From: Candidatus Acidiferrales bacterium
GTDB taxonomy: Bacteria > Acidobacteriota > Terriglobia > Acidiferrales > UBA7541
Reading direction: 5' to 3'
Length of the DNA stretch: 51,643 nt
Assembly: GCA_036008485.1 (NCBI GenBank)
Contig: DASYNR010000339.1
Coordinates: 1-51,643 of the forward strand
Positions 9,592-19,801 of this stretch are shown in pieces (the stretch's first letter is position 1; each line of letters opens with the position of its first letter). Position numbers and translations under genes: made by a program. Below the pieces are notes generated by a model that saw only the letters and a program-made list of their open reading frames with translations, ran no database searches and was not told where the DNA came from.

Positions 9592-10776
9592 TCACTGCTT
9601 TGCTTCAGCGACGAGTTTCTCAAAGATGCGGTAGTGTTCTTCGATCATGCGGTCGAGAGAAAAAACTGCAGTGGCGCGATTTTTTGCGCGGATGCCGAGT
9701 TCGCGCAGCAGAGCGGGATCGTCGGCCAACTGACGGAGACATGCGGCGAGGGCCGCGGCGTTTCCGGGAGGAAATTTAAGGCCGGAGTCGCCGGCTAGTT
9801 CCGGACCACCGCCGTGATCGGAAACGATTACAGGACAGCCACTAATCATTTGCTCCATGACGACGAGCCCGGCCGGTTCCTCGTTGAGGGAGGGCATTAC
9901 CAGCACATCGACATTAGCGAGAGCTGCGGATAGTTTTTCACCTTGTAGCGAACCTGCAAAAGAAATCGCGGGTCGAAAAGCGTTTTTCTCACGAGCCATT
10001 GATTCCAGCATTGGGCGTTGAGGCCCGTCGCCGATGATGGTGAGGCTCACGCGATCTTTTTTGTCACGCAACATGTGCATAGCTTCGATGAGAGTCGGGA
10101 CGCCTTTTTCTTCGACCAAGCGGCCCAAGAATCCAATGGAAAGCGGCGAAGTTGGCGTGATTTGTTTTGCGGCGCTCACAATTTCTGTTGTGAGTGGTTC
10201 CGGAATGCCGTAGTAGACCACCTGTGAATGCGGAAGTTCGATTCTTTGCGCGACGTGATTTGTAATGCAAAGATTCACATTTACGCGGCGGCAGAGCCAT
10301 CGGCGCAGCGGAGTTAGCATCAACATTTTCACGCTGGCGAGTGAACCGGATTCGGAGGCGTTGCATTTGAGACACGCTGAAAATTCATTGCGCATGTAAT
10401 GATTCGGACAAGCCGATTTTGTGGGCTGATAGAGCAGCAATCCATTCGGGCAGCTCGCTTGATAACCGTGATGCTCGACGACGATCGGCTTGCGAGCGAG
10501 CAATGCAAGAATTAGCGGCATTATTACTGGGCCCGCGAGATGCACGACGTCTGATTCGCGAATTAATTTCCGGAGTTGCATGATTCCGGGACGGCGGACG
10601 ATTGCAAACGGCATTGCGGAATCATCGAAGTTTTTTTGTGGCGATTGCGTGACGACGGTTACTCGCTTTGCTTTGCCTGCGTCGAGCGTTGCCAGCCCGC
10701 GCGCAAGATGCAGCGCGTAAGTTTCGACGCCGCCAATTTGCGGGGCGAAGGCGTGAGAGTAGATTAACAGCTTCAT
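9592..10776 (-). CDS. Glycosyltransferase, GT4 family (GT-B fold)
   Basis: N-terminus MKLLIYSHAFAPQIGGVETY (Glyco_trans_4-like). C-terminal E-x7-E region LNEEPAGLVVMEQMISGCPVIVSD. Confidence 0.82.
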   Translation of the reverse strand: MKLLIYSHAFAPQIGGVETYALHLARGLATLDAGKAKRVTVVTQSPQKNFDDSAMPFAIVRRPGIMQLRKLIRESDVVHLAGPVIMPLILALLARKPIVVEHHGYQASCPNGLLLYQPTKSACPNHYMRNEFSACLKCNASESGSLASVKMLMLTPLRRWLCRRVNVNLCITNHVAQRIELPHSQVVYYGIPEPLTTEIVSAAKQITPTSPLSIGFLGRLVEEKGVPTLIEAMHMLRDKKDRVSLTIIGDGPQRPMLESMAREKNAFRPAISFAGSLQGEKLSAALANVDVLVMPSLNEEPAGLVVMEQMISGCPVIVSDHGGGPELAGDSGLKFPPGNAAALAACLRQLADDPALLRELGIRAKNRATAVFSLDRMIEEHYRIFEKLVAEAKQ

Positions 10777-11987
10777 CCGTTGGCTCTGCGCCGGTAGATG
10801 CGGTCAAGGGCACCGATCAACGCTTCTGTATTTTCGTTTAATGACCAAGTTTGAATAATGCGCTCGGAAGCCGCTCCCATCTGCTGCAGTTTCGCCGGAT
10901 CAGTTACGGCCAGCCGAATTAAAGCTGCGAGCGCTTCGATGTCTCCACACGGATACACAAATCCATTCTCCGCACGAACGAGATCACGACCGGCGCCTAC
11001 GCGATCACTAACTGCCACTGCGCAGCCACACAGCATCGCTTCATTCACAACGACCCCAAATGGTTCGTATTCGGATGGCAAAACAAAAAGGTCAGAAGAT
11101 TTATACAGCGAAGGCAATTGCGATTGATTCACGAAACCCAGAAAACGCACGCGATCTTCTACGGCGAGCATTGCTGCTTCCCGTTTCAAATCTTGCAGAA
11201 GCGGCCCATCACCGGCGTAAATGAGAAAGGAATTGGGACTGTTTGCCTTCGCAAATGCGCGTAACAAGTCGTTCGGCCGTTTCCAGCGTTGAAGTTTCGC
11301 ACAAAAAAGAACTACAACGGCTGAGGAAGGAACATTCCATTCCGTGCGCACGTGGGTGCGATTGACCCGTGCGGCCTGCGCGCGCCACCAGGAATTATCC
11401 ACCGAGTACGGCGTCATCGAGATTCGATCAGCGGGAACTCCAATCGATTGGAGTAGTTCGCGTGAAGTCGTAGACGGGACTAATACTTGATCAGCCATGC
11501 GAAAAAAGATTGGCCACAGCCACTTTTTCACTTTCGCTTTCCAAGGTGTGCCACTTCGCGGAGCCAGTGAGGTTGCGTCAGTACCGAATAGAACTGGTGT
11601 TCTGCTGAACTTTGCGGCACTTAGCGCGATCCAAAAACTTGCGACGCGATAGCCAGTGTAGATTACAACGGCATCGTAGCGGCCTTTGTGAATTTTGGAC
11701 CACAGGCCGGTATTCACGAGGCCGAAAAAATGATCGAGCGAAGGATGGCGCGCGCGATTTGGTTCCTGCGTCCACGAGTAGCCGTCGAGCAGAGGAACAT
11801 CCCACTTCACTTCAACGCCGAAATCTTTGTCAACCCCTGCTTCGGCGCCCTGCAAACTGCAATACGCAACTTCAATATCCAAACGTGGATTGCGGGCCAT
11901 TTCGCGAAAGCTGGGCGCGGAATACTGAACCGGATGAGTGGCGATCAGGAGGAGACGATAGCGGCGCTCAGCGATTTGCTCAGGCAT
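10773..11987 (-). CDS. Glycosyltransferase, GT4/GT1 family (GT-B fold)
   Basis: PSEYEPFGVVVNEAMLCGCAVAVSD motif. ATGA overlap with the downstream GT gene. Confidence 0.8.
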   Translation of the reverse strand: MPEQIAERRYRLLLIATHPVQYSAPSFREMARNPRLDIEVAYCSLQGAEAGVDKDFGVEVKWDVPLLDGYSWTQEPNRARHPSLDHFFGLVNTGLWSKIHKGRYDAVVIYTGYRVASFWIALSAAKFSRTPVLFGTDATSLAPRSGTPWKAKVKKWLWPIFFRMADQVLVPSTTSRELLQSIGVPADRISMTPYSVDNSWWRAQAARVNRTHVRTEWNVPSSAVVVLFCAKLQRWKRPNDLLRAFAKANSPNSFLIYAGDGPLLQDLKREAAMLAVEDRVRFLGFVNQSQLPSLYKSSDLFVLPSEYEPFGVVVNEAMLCGCAVAVSDRVGAGRDLVRAENGFVYPCGDIEALAALIRLAVTDPAKLQQMGAASERIIQTWSLNENTEALIGALDRIYRRRANG

Positions 11988-13128
11988 TGTTGAGCACCTG
12001 CAAAAACTTTCGCGCGATTATATTCCACGAAAAATATTTGTCGCGTGCTTCGAGGCTGCGCTTGCGAAGTTCGCTTCGGAGCGCGTCATCTGAAAGCACG
12101 CGCGCCAAATTATTTGCGACGGTGGAGCGATCGCCTGCCGGAGAAAGCACCACGCCGGCGACTGTGATGGGCGGGCCCGTTTCCGGGCCTTCAAATGCGA
12201 TGACGGGCAAACCGCACGCAATTCCTGCGAGGGCGCTACCACGGCGGCTGGAAATTCCGCCGCGGAGAAATAGGAGCGCGTCAGATTCGGAAAGGCGACG
12301 CTCGATTTCGTCTGCGGGAATAATGCCATGGACTTCGAGTTCGACTTTTGTGCCCGCGAGCGCGGCACGAAGCGGCGCTTCGGCTTCCTGCGCATTTCTG
12401 CCCAGGACGAGGAGTTTTATGGTTCCTAATTGTTCCGCAGTTTGACGGATGATCTGGGCGATTAATTCCACTTCTGGTTGCAATTGCGGAGGACCAGTGA
12501 TGCCGAAGATGGCGATTGTCTTCGGCGAATTATTTCTGCGAATGGAATTGGCGTCGTTCAATGTGACTAGGGTACTGGAAAGATTTGCGGCAATCGGAAT
12601 GAATTCCGCTTTGGTTGCGGGATGCGGAAGCCAGGTGAGCTTTTCCACGGGGACAGTCATGATTGAATGTAGCGCGAGTGTATAGAGTTTGCGCATCACC
12701 CAGACCTGCACGCTTTGGCGAATTCGATCAATCCTTCGGGGGCCGCCGTAGGACATCGCGTCATGAAAAACAATTGCGCACTTCGCGCCGCGATGCCGTG
12801 CGATCCAAATTGTGATGGCCGCGTCCAGCGGAAATCCGCGCTTCGACCATCCGAGTGAGGTGTACTGCATCAAAATCCGGCGGCCGCGCCAATTTTGTGA
12901 TTCGCGCCATATCCACCTGGTTCTGCTGAGCCGTCCATTTGTGGCCCAGGGCACGCGCATGATTTCCATTGGCTGGCCCTGTTGTTCGAGCGCGCGCTTC
13001 AGCCATCCGCAATAATCTTCGAGAGCGTCGGTGGGCGCGTCCGCGCGGCCGAGGAGCGCGATGATCGGAGTGGCGGCGTCGATTCCGGGATGTGGATCAG
13101 GTGGCAACAAATATCCCCTGACAAACAA
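11980..13128 (-). CDS. Glycosyltransferase-like protein (GT-B fold)
   Basis: C-terminal LFLRGGISSRRGSALAGIACGLPVIAFEG resembles the nucleotide-sugar binding half of GT1/GT4 enzymes. TTG start inferred. 8-nt overlap with the downstream gene. Confidence 0.6.
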   Translation of the reverse strand: MFVRGYLLPPDPHPGIDAATPIIALLGRADAPTDALEDYCGWLKRALEQQGQPMEIMRVPWATNGRLSRTRWIWRESQNWRGRRILMQYTSLGWSKRGFPLDAAITIWIARHRGAKCAIVFHDAMSYGGPRRIDRIRQSVQVWVMRKLYTLALHSIMTVPVEKLTWLPHPATKAEFIPIAANLSSTLVTLNDANSIRRNNSPKTIAIFGITGPPQLQPEVELIAQIIRQTAEQLGTIKLLVLGRNAQEAEAPLRAALAGTKVELEVHGIIPADEIERRLSESDALLFLRGGISSRRGSALAGIACGLPVIAFEGPETGPPITVAGVVLSPAGDRSTVANNLARVLSDDALRSELRKRSLEARDKYFSWNIIARKFLQVLNNA

Positions 13129-13145
13129 TAAGGCTGTTGGAGATT

Positions 13146-14219
13146 TTAGTCATGTAGAGGAAGAACTTTTTCGAGAAATGCGGCAATATTTGTCAAAGAG
13201 TGTTCATTCGCAATTTCTTTTCTTCGCGCGCGCTTGGGATTTTCGAGCGGCTCGGCTAATGCGGATTCGGTAGCGTGAATCAATTCTTCGGCGTTCTTAC
13301 CCAGATAGACGACATCGCTGAGTTCCTGAAATGCGATGATCGGTGTTCCGGCGATCGGCATGCCCGCTGCGAAGTGGTCCAACATTTTCAGCGGTACACA
13401 ATTGTATTCGCGCGCGTCGGCGCAATTATATGGCATGAAACCCACGTCGGAGGCCGCAACAACTTTCACGAGATCGGCTTGCGCGCCCCACGGAAGTGCA
13501 TGAGCGTTTTTGAATTGCAACGTATCTTCCGGCCCAAAATGAATGAAATGCCAATCGGGCCGAGCTTCCAAAATTTTGCGAAGGATGGCGAGATCGAGCC
13601 GGCTTTGCGGAACTCCGAGATAGGTGAGACGCGGGCGAGGAATCGAATCCAAATTTGCGAGTAGCGTTTCTGAGACTGCCGATTCTTTTTGCGCCGGAGG
13701 TCCGAGCTGCGGCAGAAGAATGGCGCGATCGCCAATCATTTTCTGAAGAGGCTCCAGACCGGCGCGCGGAATTACAAAAGTGTGGTCAGCGAGATCGGCG
13801 TGTTCGGATAATTCCGGCTCGGGATAATCCATACATATATGTATGGGCGAATAGCCGCGACGCTTGATCTGCTGGGCGACCGCCAATTGTTTGCCCATAT
13901 ACGCATAGACGAAAAATGGCTTCCGTAATTTCAATTGACTGGCGGCTTCGACGATCTGTTTTGTCACCATTCTGGACTGCAGAGACGAGAGCGGAGGAAT
14001 TTTATTTAAGCGCTGGCCCCAGATTGCGGGGCGAATGCGGTGAATCCCCGGGACGATTTCTTTCATCCCGGCGATTTGCCGTTTGATATTTGATGCGGGA
14101 TTATCGCAATAAAGAACGCGGCTGCCGAGTTGAAGGAGCGCCATTGCGAACCGTTCACATACGTTGCAGCTTTCCCATGCCGAGCCGGAGTAAACGATGG
14201 CATCACGCATGCCGGTCAC
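13146..14219 (-). CDS. Putative glycosyltransferase (divergent GT-B-like)
   Basis: 357-aa ORF inside the GT array. C-terminal half FMPYNCADAREYNCVPLKMLDHFAAGMPIAGTPI resembles GT1-type donor-binding regions. Start is GTG at 14219 or ATG at 14210. Confidence 0.5.
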   Translation of the reverse strand: MTGMRDAIVYSGSAWESCNVCERFAMALLQLGSRVLYCDNPASNIKRQIAGMKEIVPGIHRIRPAIWGQRLNKIPPLSSLQSRMVTKQIVEAASQLKLRKPFFVYAYMGKQLAVAQQIKRRGYSPIHICMDYPEPELSEHADLADHTFVIPRAGLEPLQKMIGDRAILLPQLGPPAQKESAVSETLLANLDSIPRPRLTYLGVPQSRLDLAILRKILEARPDWHFIHFGPEDTLQFKNAHALPWGAQADLVKVVAASDVGFMPYNCADAREYNCVPLKMLDHFAAGMPIAGTPIIAFQELSDVVYLGKNAEELIHATESALAEPLENPKRARRKEIANEHSLTNIAAFLEKVLPLHD

Positions 14220-15064
14220 AACGGGTTACTTTTGGAATTGACCGCGGAATTTGGGACTGCCAAACAAAAGGCTTCGTGGCCACGGGTGCCGGCAAGGGAA
14301 ATCTGATATCCAACATTGGAGAAGAACTCTCTAACTTCTGCGCTCGATGCGAGGTCCCATCCATGAACTTCCACTAAAACGGTAGGGCGTGCGATGTGAA
14401 GCGTATTCACTGCTCCGCGTAAAACTTCCAGCTCAGCGCCTTCCACATCAATCTTGATCACTGACGGGCGCCAACCTTTTTCTTCAAGGTATGCATCAAG
14501 CGTGTTCACGGGAACTTCAGTTGTGCTTTGTTCGCCCTCGACCGCGTAACCGCTGACAGAAGGAGTCGAAGTAATGGATCCGGGTTCCGAACGAATTAGC
14601 GAAATCGTGCCGGGTTGCGCGCCCAACGCTGTGTTCACGAGTTCCACATTTTTTATTTCGTTGACCGCAATATTTTCTTTGAGCACAGCCAAGTTTTCCG
14701 CGACCGGCTCAAACGTTATTACATGGCCTTTGGGTCCAACTAAATTCGACATCAGGAGACAATAGTAGCCAAGGTTTCCGCCAACATCCACGCAGGTGTC
14801 GCCCGGCTGCACACATTGGAGTAAAGCATTTAGGAATTCCGGCTCGTACGTGCCAAGAATATATGGCGTGTGACCCTGCCAGTTCAGTCGCATGCGAAAG
14901 CGGTGGCCCGACGGCCCGGCCGGGCTGATCACCATGTCACCGCGCTCAATTCGGAACAGCAACGCAAGTAGTAACCGCGGATGGTTCATCAGCCACCGTT
15001 TGACCGGAAACGGTTGCGCGGCGATTGTTCCGACGATTGCGTCTCGGATTGTTTCGTTACTCAC
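14216..15064 (-). CDS. FkbM-family SAM-dependent methyltransferase
   Basis: VDVGGNLGYY SAM-binding motif, IKIDVEGAELEVLRGA (hallmark FkbM motif). Confidence 0.82.
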   Translation of the reverse strand: MSNETIRDAIVGTIAAQPFPVKRWLMNHPRLLLALLFRIERGDMVISPAGPSGHRFRMRLNWQGHTPYILGTYEPEFLNALLQCVQPGDTCVDVGGNLGYYCLLMSNLVGPKGHVITFEPVAENLAVLKENIAVNEIKNVELVNTALGAQPGTISLIRSEPGSITSTPSVSGYAVEGEQSTTEVPVNTLDAYLEEKGWRPSVIKIDVEGAELEVLRGAVNTLHIARPTVLVEVHGWDLASSAEVREFFSNVGYQISLAGTRGHEAFCLAVPNSAVNSKSNPL

Positions 15065-15070
15065 GCAGCC

Positions 15071-16171
15071 TCACAGACCTGTAATGTCTCCCAACCGCTT
15101 CCACCAATTATCCAAATTCATCCAGGCTTCTACTGCCGGTTGCGCCTGTTCCAGGACGGCCTGGCGATAAAACTCAGGACGCGAAGCAAGGTCCTTTGCG
15201 GCAGACACGAACCCTTCGGCATCGTCCGGATTCATAATTACGAGCCGGTTCAATGGAGGTTCACGGAGGAATTGATCGCTGCCGCCGTTTAGTCCGGAAA
15301 GAACGGGCAAGCCGCATGCGAGCGCTTCGGGTACAACGTAAGGGAACGGATCGTAGCGCGAAGGACAGACGGAGAAATCTGCCGCGGAATACAATCCTGG
15401 AATTTCAGCGCGAGAGACGTCCGGTAATATTCGCACGGATTTTCCGAGGCCGTTGAGGCCATCGGCGCCGCCGCGAAGTGCCAGGACCCAGTAAACATGG
15501 GGTAATTCTTGTATGAGTCGCTGCACAATGGGAAAATTTTTATTCGGTTGCATGGTGCCGACAAAGACTCCAACGACGCCTTCGCCGGGGAGGCCGAATT
15601 TCGCGCGAGACGCCGCCTGATTCATTGGGCGAAATTCGCTCATATCGAGCGGATTTCCGAGTGTGATGCTTTCGTAGCCAAATAGTTTTTTCACTTCGAC
15701 ACGGATTAGTTCGGACACGACGAAAATTTTTTTCCCGCGCCCGCTCATTCGCTCCAGAACCATGGAATCCCACCAACTTAATTTCAAATATCCGAGATAG
15801 GAAATGAATCGGCGGATTGCTTTCGCTTGTCCGCGGTAGGTGCCGTGGTAAATGTGAAATTGTTTGCAGCCTTGTGGAACACGAAGACGATGCCATCCGA
15901 CGGTGGCATGGGAGAAAATCGCGACGACGTCAGGATGCATCGCTTTTTGCGCGGTTCGTCCGATAAAAAATCCTACGAGTGTGTCCGTAAGATGATGGGT
16001 GAGGCGGCGATCATTGCGGCGAAACCATTCCGGTCCGGAATTCTTCCGGTGAAAGACACGAACATCGTAACCGCGCTTCTGGAAGCCCACGACCTGCTCT
16101 CGAACGCACGCTTCCATGCCGCCGAGTTGCTCGGGCGGCTCTGAGCACAAAATGAATATTTCTTTTTTCAT
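15071..16171 (-). CDS. Glycosyltransferase, GT4 family
   Basis: MKKEIFILCSEPPEQLGGME N-terminus. PSRYDPFPYVVPEALACGLPVLS E-x7-E-type region. Confidence 0.8.
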   Translation of the reverse strand: MKKEIFILCSEPPEQLGGMEACVREQVVGFQKRGYDVRVFHRKNSGPEWFRRNDRRLTHHLTDTLVGFFIGRTAQKAMHPDVVAIFSHATVGWHRLRVPQGCKQFHIYHGTYRGQAKAIRRFISYLGYLKLSWWDSMVLERMSGRGKKIFVVSELIRVEVKKLFGYESITLGNPLDMSEFRPMNQAASRAKFGLPGEGVVGVFVGTMQPNKNFPIVQRLIQELPHVYWVLALRGGADGLNGLGKSVRILPDVSRAEIPGLYSAADFSVCPSRYDPFPYVVPEALACGLPVLSGLNGGSDQFLREPPLNRLVIMNPDDAEGFVSAAKDLASRPEFYRQAVLEQAQPAVEAWMNLDNWWKRLGDITGL

Positions 16172-16224
16172 TCGCGTTGGGTCTCCGGTTGCATCAACGC
16201 AATGAACATTCTCTCGGGAAAATG

Positions 16225-17040
16225 CTAACGCGGCGTCGCATACAGCCAGCGCACGGGAAACGCCTCATTGTGAAGCCATTGCAGGTCATAGTTTCGGCGG
16301 CGCACGATTTCTTCAATGCGCACGCCCAGGTCGTGAGTGTGAACCTCGCAGAGCATGGCCGCTCGTGTTTCCTTCATGAGCCATTCGGAACCTTCAAAGA
16401 CATCCGCTTCACAGCCTTCTACATCGATCTTCACCAGATCGGGGCGGGGATTCTTGCGCGCAAAATCGTCGAGCGTCGTACACCCCACTTCGATGCACAG
16501 GCTGGGATCCGTTCCAAACACATCTTGGACATGTCCATGATCGTGCCCCTGTCCTCTTTTGGATGGCTCAAGCAGAAGCGTCCCGGTGTAAGAGTAGGCA
16601 GCAAGCGGCGTGAGGTTCATCTTATCCCCAAGATGATTCATTTCCGCATGACGCTGGATGTCGGCAAAGTTTTTGGGGTCTGGTTCGATTGTAAATACTT
16701 TCGCACCAAGGCGGGCGGCGACGAGAGTATAGAAGCCAACTCCTCCGCCGACGTCGTAAAATACCGCTCCAGGCTTGAAATATCTTTGCATAACTTGTTC
16801 GGCTTCTGGTTCGTAACCGCCGCGCCACAGGTCGGTTTCCCACCTCGGGTTCAGCTCAAACACAATTCCCTGGGCGAGGCCTTCTTTGACTTGCAGAACT
16901 TTTGTCGTATCGGAAGGAAGCAGCGCGAGGCTGGCACGTTTCATGAGTGGAGCGAGCACGGGCATCCTGGAAAGTTTGCGAATCGCAGGCGAGCTGCGCA
17001 GCTTCCACCAGAGTTCTTCTCTCAAGGAGTCTCCCGTCAC
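16225..17040 (-). CDS. FkbM-family SAM-dependent methyltransferase (second copy, divergent)
   Basis: YDVGGGVGFY, VKIDVEGCEADVFEGS. Confidence 0.8.
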   Translation of the reverse strand: MTGDSLREELWWKLRSSPAIRKLSRMPVLAPLMKRASLALLPSDTTKVLQVKEGLAQGIVFELNPRWETDLWRGGYEPEAEQVMQRYFKPGAVFYDVGGGVGFYTLVAARLGAKVFTIEPDPKNFADIQRHAEMNHLGDKMNLTPLAAYSYTGTLLLEPSKRGQGHDHGHVQDVFGTDPSLCIEVGCTTLDDFARKNPRPDLVKIDVEGCEADVFEGSEWLMKETRAAMLCEVHTHDLGVRIEEIVRRRNYDLQWLHNEAFPVRWLYATPR

Positions 17041-17094
17041 AGAATCTACATTACAACTTAGTACGCCGCACAGAATAAGCGCAACCTGGCGGAA

Positions 17095-18279
17095 TCAATA
17101 CGAATATGTGTGCCCACGATGAATCAACGGATTCTCAAAATAGCGCCATGACAGTTCGGCAAGAATTATGGTGGCGACGAAGGAAAGAGATGTGACACCG
17201 ATTGCGCGCCAACTGTCAAAACGGGGATCAACGTGCAAGAGCACACGAAAGAACACCCAATTCACCGCTCTGTGAATAATGTAAACGCAGTAAGAAACTT
17301 TTCCAAGTTCTCGAAGCGGGCGCCAACGGAATATTTTCGCGAGTAGCCCTTCCTTGTCGGTCAAAGGTATAACCATCAGAAATACAAAGAAGAAACCAAT
17401 GATGGTGCGGCCTATCGTCGCTGTAATGAACGAGTCTGGTTTCATGAACCACCAAGACATCGCAAGTAATGCGATCGCGCAACTGTAAAAGCCGGCGTAA
17501 GAGAGCCGGGCTCCTTCTTCCAGGCGGCGTCTCGATTGAGGATTCACCCATACTGTCGCCACGAGCATTCCGAGCGCGAGATCGTCGGCACGACAGAACA
17601 TCCAGTTGGTGGAAGCATTGACGCCCCAGTAGTCATGGCCCGCGCCGTAAAAGGAGCACAGAAATAATCTGAGCAGCAGAGAAAACACGAGAACGCCGAT
17701 CAGTACATTTACCAGGCGTGAGGGAGAAAGCTTGCGCACGAGCGGAGGCGCAAGCAAATAAAATTGTTCCTCGACGGCGAGAGACCACAATGGGCCAAGC
17801 CAAAATGCCTGAATCGCCGTAGAGCCCTGAAAATAATTCTGAATGAAGATGAAGTAAGCCCAATACGGAGTGAGCATTGTGAAGTCGGCGCCGCCGGCGA
17901 TGCCCCATTTTTTGGCGCCCAGCATCACCAAACCAAAAAGAATCAGCCAGGAATAATAGATGGGAATAATCCGGAAGAATCTTCGCAGATAAAAAGTGCT
18001 GTAGTATTTCGGCGACGATCTGGAATTCAAAAGAATTCCGCCAATCAGGAATCCGGAAAGGATGAAGAAAAGATCGACGCCAAAAGTTCCTAGGCCGATT
18101 ACTTCACCGACCCGCCTGATCAGGCTGTAGCGCAACCCAATTGGGCCGCCATCCTGAACGTAGTGACACAGGATCACTAGTAAAATGGCGAAGCCGCGTA
18201 GCCCATCAAGTTCCGGAATGCGCTTGGCCGAGGCATTCAGTTGAGGAGCCTGGACCACAGTACTGATGTTTTCACTCAC
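17095..18279 (-). CDS. Acyltransferase family 3 membrane protein (polysaccharide O-acyl/acetyltransferase type)
   Basis: LDGLRGFAILLVILCHY N-terminal motif and about 10 predicted TM helices, typical of PF01757. Confidence 0.8.
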   Translation of the reverse strand: MSENISTVVQAPQLNASAKRIPELDGLRGFAILLVILCHYVQDGGPIGLRYSLIRRVGEVIGLGTFGVDLFFILSGFLIGGILLNSRSSPKYYSTFYLRRFFRIIPIYYSWLILFGLVMLGAKKWGIAGGADFTMLTPYWAYFIFIQNYFQGSTAIQAFWLGPLWSLAVEEQFYLLAPPLVRKLSPSRLVNVLIGVLVFSLLLRLFLCSFYGAGHDYWGVNASTNWMFCRADDLALGMLVATVWVNPQSRRRLEEGARLSYAGFYSCAIALLAMSWWFMKPDSFITATIGRTIIGFFFVFLMVIPLTDKEGLLAKIFRWRPLRELGKVSYCVYIIHRAVNWVFFRVLLHVDPRFDSWRAIGVTSLSFVATIILAELSWRYFENPLIHRGHTYSY

Positions 18280-19801
18280 TTACTGTCGCCCCTTTTGCCA
18301 GTCCCAAACGTGTTTTCCACGCAGCGCGAAGAAATTCCAAGTCCTGTCTGCGTGCGAATCTAAACACGCAGGCAAGCAGTGCGAAAGCCGCAGCTCCAAT
18401 GCCAACGCGAATCCAATCGTTTGCGGGAATCAAAAAAGCGAATCCAGTGATAGCTAAAGCGAGAGCGGTAATCGGGATCAACAGACGCAGACCAATTATA
18501 AACATTTCCCGCGAGGCGCGAATCGGAATAAAGACCAGCGTCCAGCAGAACCAATATGCAATTACCGTGGCCCATGAAGCTCCGAGCGCGCCCGAATGAG
18601 GAATCAGACAAAAGTTGAGCCCAATGTTCAAAGCGGCTCCAGCGATGGTCGGCCACAACACGAATTTTTGAAGGTTTGCTGCCAGCAACGCGTTTGCAAA
18701 AGTGCTGGCAAAGAAAATCGGAATCTCTGACCAGATGAGCACAGCAAGCAACGGCGCCGAACCGGAATACTTCGCGCCGCCGTACAAATGCATAATTGGC
18801 CGGGCGCCCAGGCAACACACAACGCTAAGGCCGGCACCGGCCAGGACCATATAACGAAATCCGATATCAATGTGGCGTCGAAATCGCGGCGCGTCAGACA
18901 GCGAAATGCAGAGCAACGGAAAGAGCGCCGAGCCAAACGCCGCGGGAAGCGCTTCAAAAAGTTCACTGACACGAACCGCCGCGGCGTAATGACCGAGGAC
19001 GAAATCACCGGCCATCGCGTGCAACATGACTTGATCGATGCGGAGGTAGATGGTGGAAGCGATGGTGACCGCGGAAATGACGAAGCCTCCGTGAATCAAA
19101 CGGCGAGCGACGGGCGAAAGGAACTCGCGATGCGGGCCGAGAAGCTTTTGGGCCTTCCAGAAATTTAAGCCTGCCTCGATGCCAGCCGCCGCGAGCCGGC
19201 CTAGAATCACATAGAGCAAAGGCGCGCCCAGCAGATAGACAGCGAAAACAATCGAAAGAAAAATTGCCTGGCGGATGATGCTAAAACCGGAGCTGTACCA
19301 TTGTTTTTGATCGACTTGAAAAATCAGCGCCGATAAAGTTACCGGCACGAGGAGAAAAATTTCTACGGCCGCGATTGCCAGTAAAGGGAAAAGTTTGCCG
19401 TTCAAATGAAGCAGTGGCGAAATCGCGAGAGCCAGTACACCGGTGGTGATTGCGAATCCGGTCGCAAGGCACATCCCGGTGAACAAGATGCTGCCGGCAT
19501 ATTCGCGGTTTTGCGCTGCTTCACGTGTGAGGATTGGTCCGATGCCAAATGAAGACAACATGCCGAAGAGCGCGAGATACGAATAAATTACGGCGTACTC
19601 GCCGAGACGTTCCGGACCAAGCGCGCGAGTCAGCATCACGCTGGCAGCGCCGGCCATAAGAAGGCCGATCCACCGCGAAATAAAAACGACCGCGGTATTC
19701 TGCATTACGCGAACGCCATGGCCGGAGACTGCGCCGGTCGATACAGAAGGAGGGTTGCTTTCCGGATTCGACGCAACCGCGCTTTTGCCTGCGTCCGTCA
19801 T
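18272..19801 (-). CDS. wzx: Wzx-type polysaccharide flippase (MOP/PST family)
   Basis: A polytopic membrane protein with a MOP-flippase-like layout. I shortened the track ORF (to 20077) to the ATG at 19801 (MTDAGKS...). That ATG forms an ATGA overlap with the stop of the upstream gene and removes a 280-nt overlap. Confidence 0.72.
   Translation of the reverse strand: MTDAGKSAVASNPESNPPSVSTGAVSGHGVRVMQNTAVVFISRWIGLLMAGAASVMLTRALGPERLGEYAVIYSYLALFGMLSSFGIGPILTREAAQNREYAGSILFTGMCLATGFAITTGVLALAISPLLHLNGKLFPLLAIAAVEIFLLVPVTLSALIFQVDQKQWYSSGFSIIRQAIFLSIVFAVYLLGAPLLYVILGRLAAAGIEAGLNFWKAQKLLGPHREFLSPVARRLIHGGFVISAVTIASTIYLRIDQVMLHAMAGDFVLGHYAAAVRVSELFEALPAAFGSALFPLLCISLSDAPRFRRHIDIGFRYMVLAGAGLSVVCCLGARPIMHLYGGAKYSGSAPLLAVLIWSEIPIFFASTFANALLAANLQKFVLWPTIAGAALNIGLNFCLIPHSGALGASWATVIAYWFCWTLVFIPIRASREMFIIGLRLLIPITALALAITGFAFLIPANDWIRVGIGAAAFALLACVFRFARRQDLEFLRAAWKTRLGLAKGATVSE

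Noticed and set aside
11612-12445. 277-aa plus-strand ORF
   Set aside because: It is antisense to two glycosyltransferase genes. The sequence is Arg/Ser-rich shadow sequence without motifs.
16177-17061. 294-aa plus-strand ORF
   Set aside because: It lies entirely antisense to the well-supported FkbM methyltransferase (16225-17040). Its composition is Arg/His/Phe-rich with no motifs, as expected for a shadow ORF in GC-rich coding DNA.
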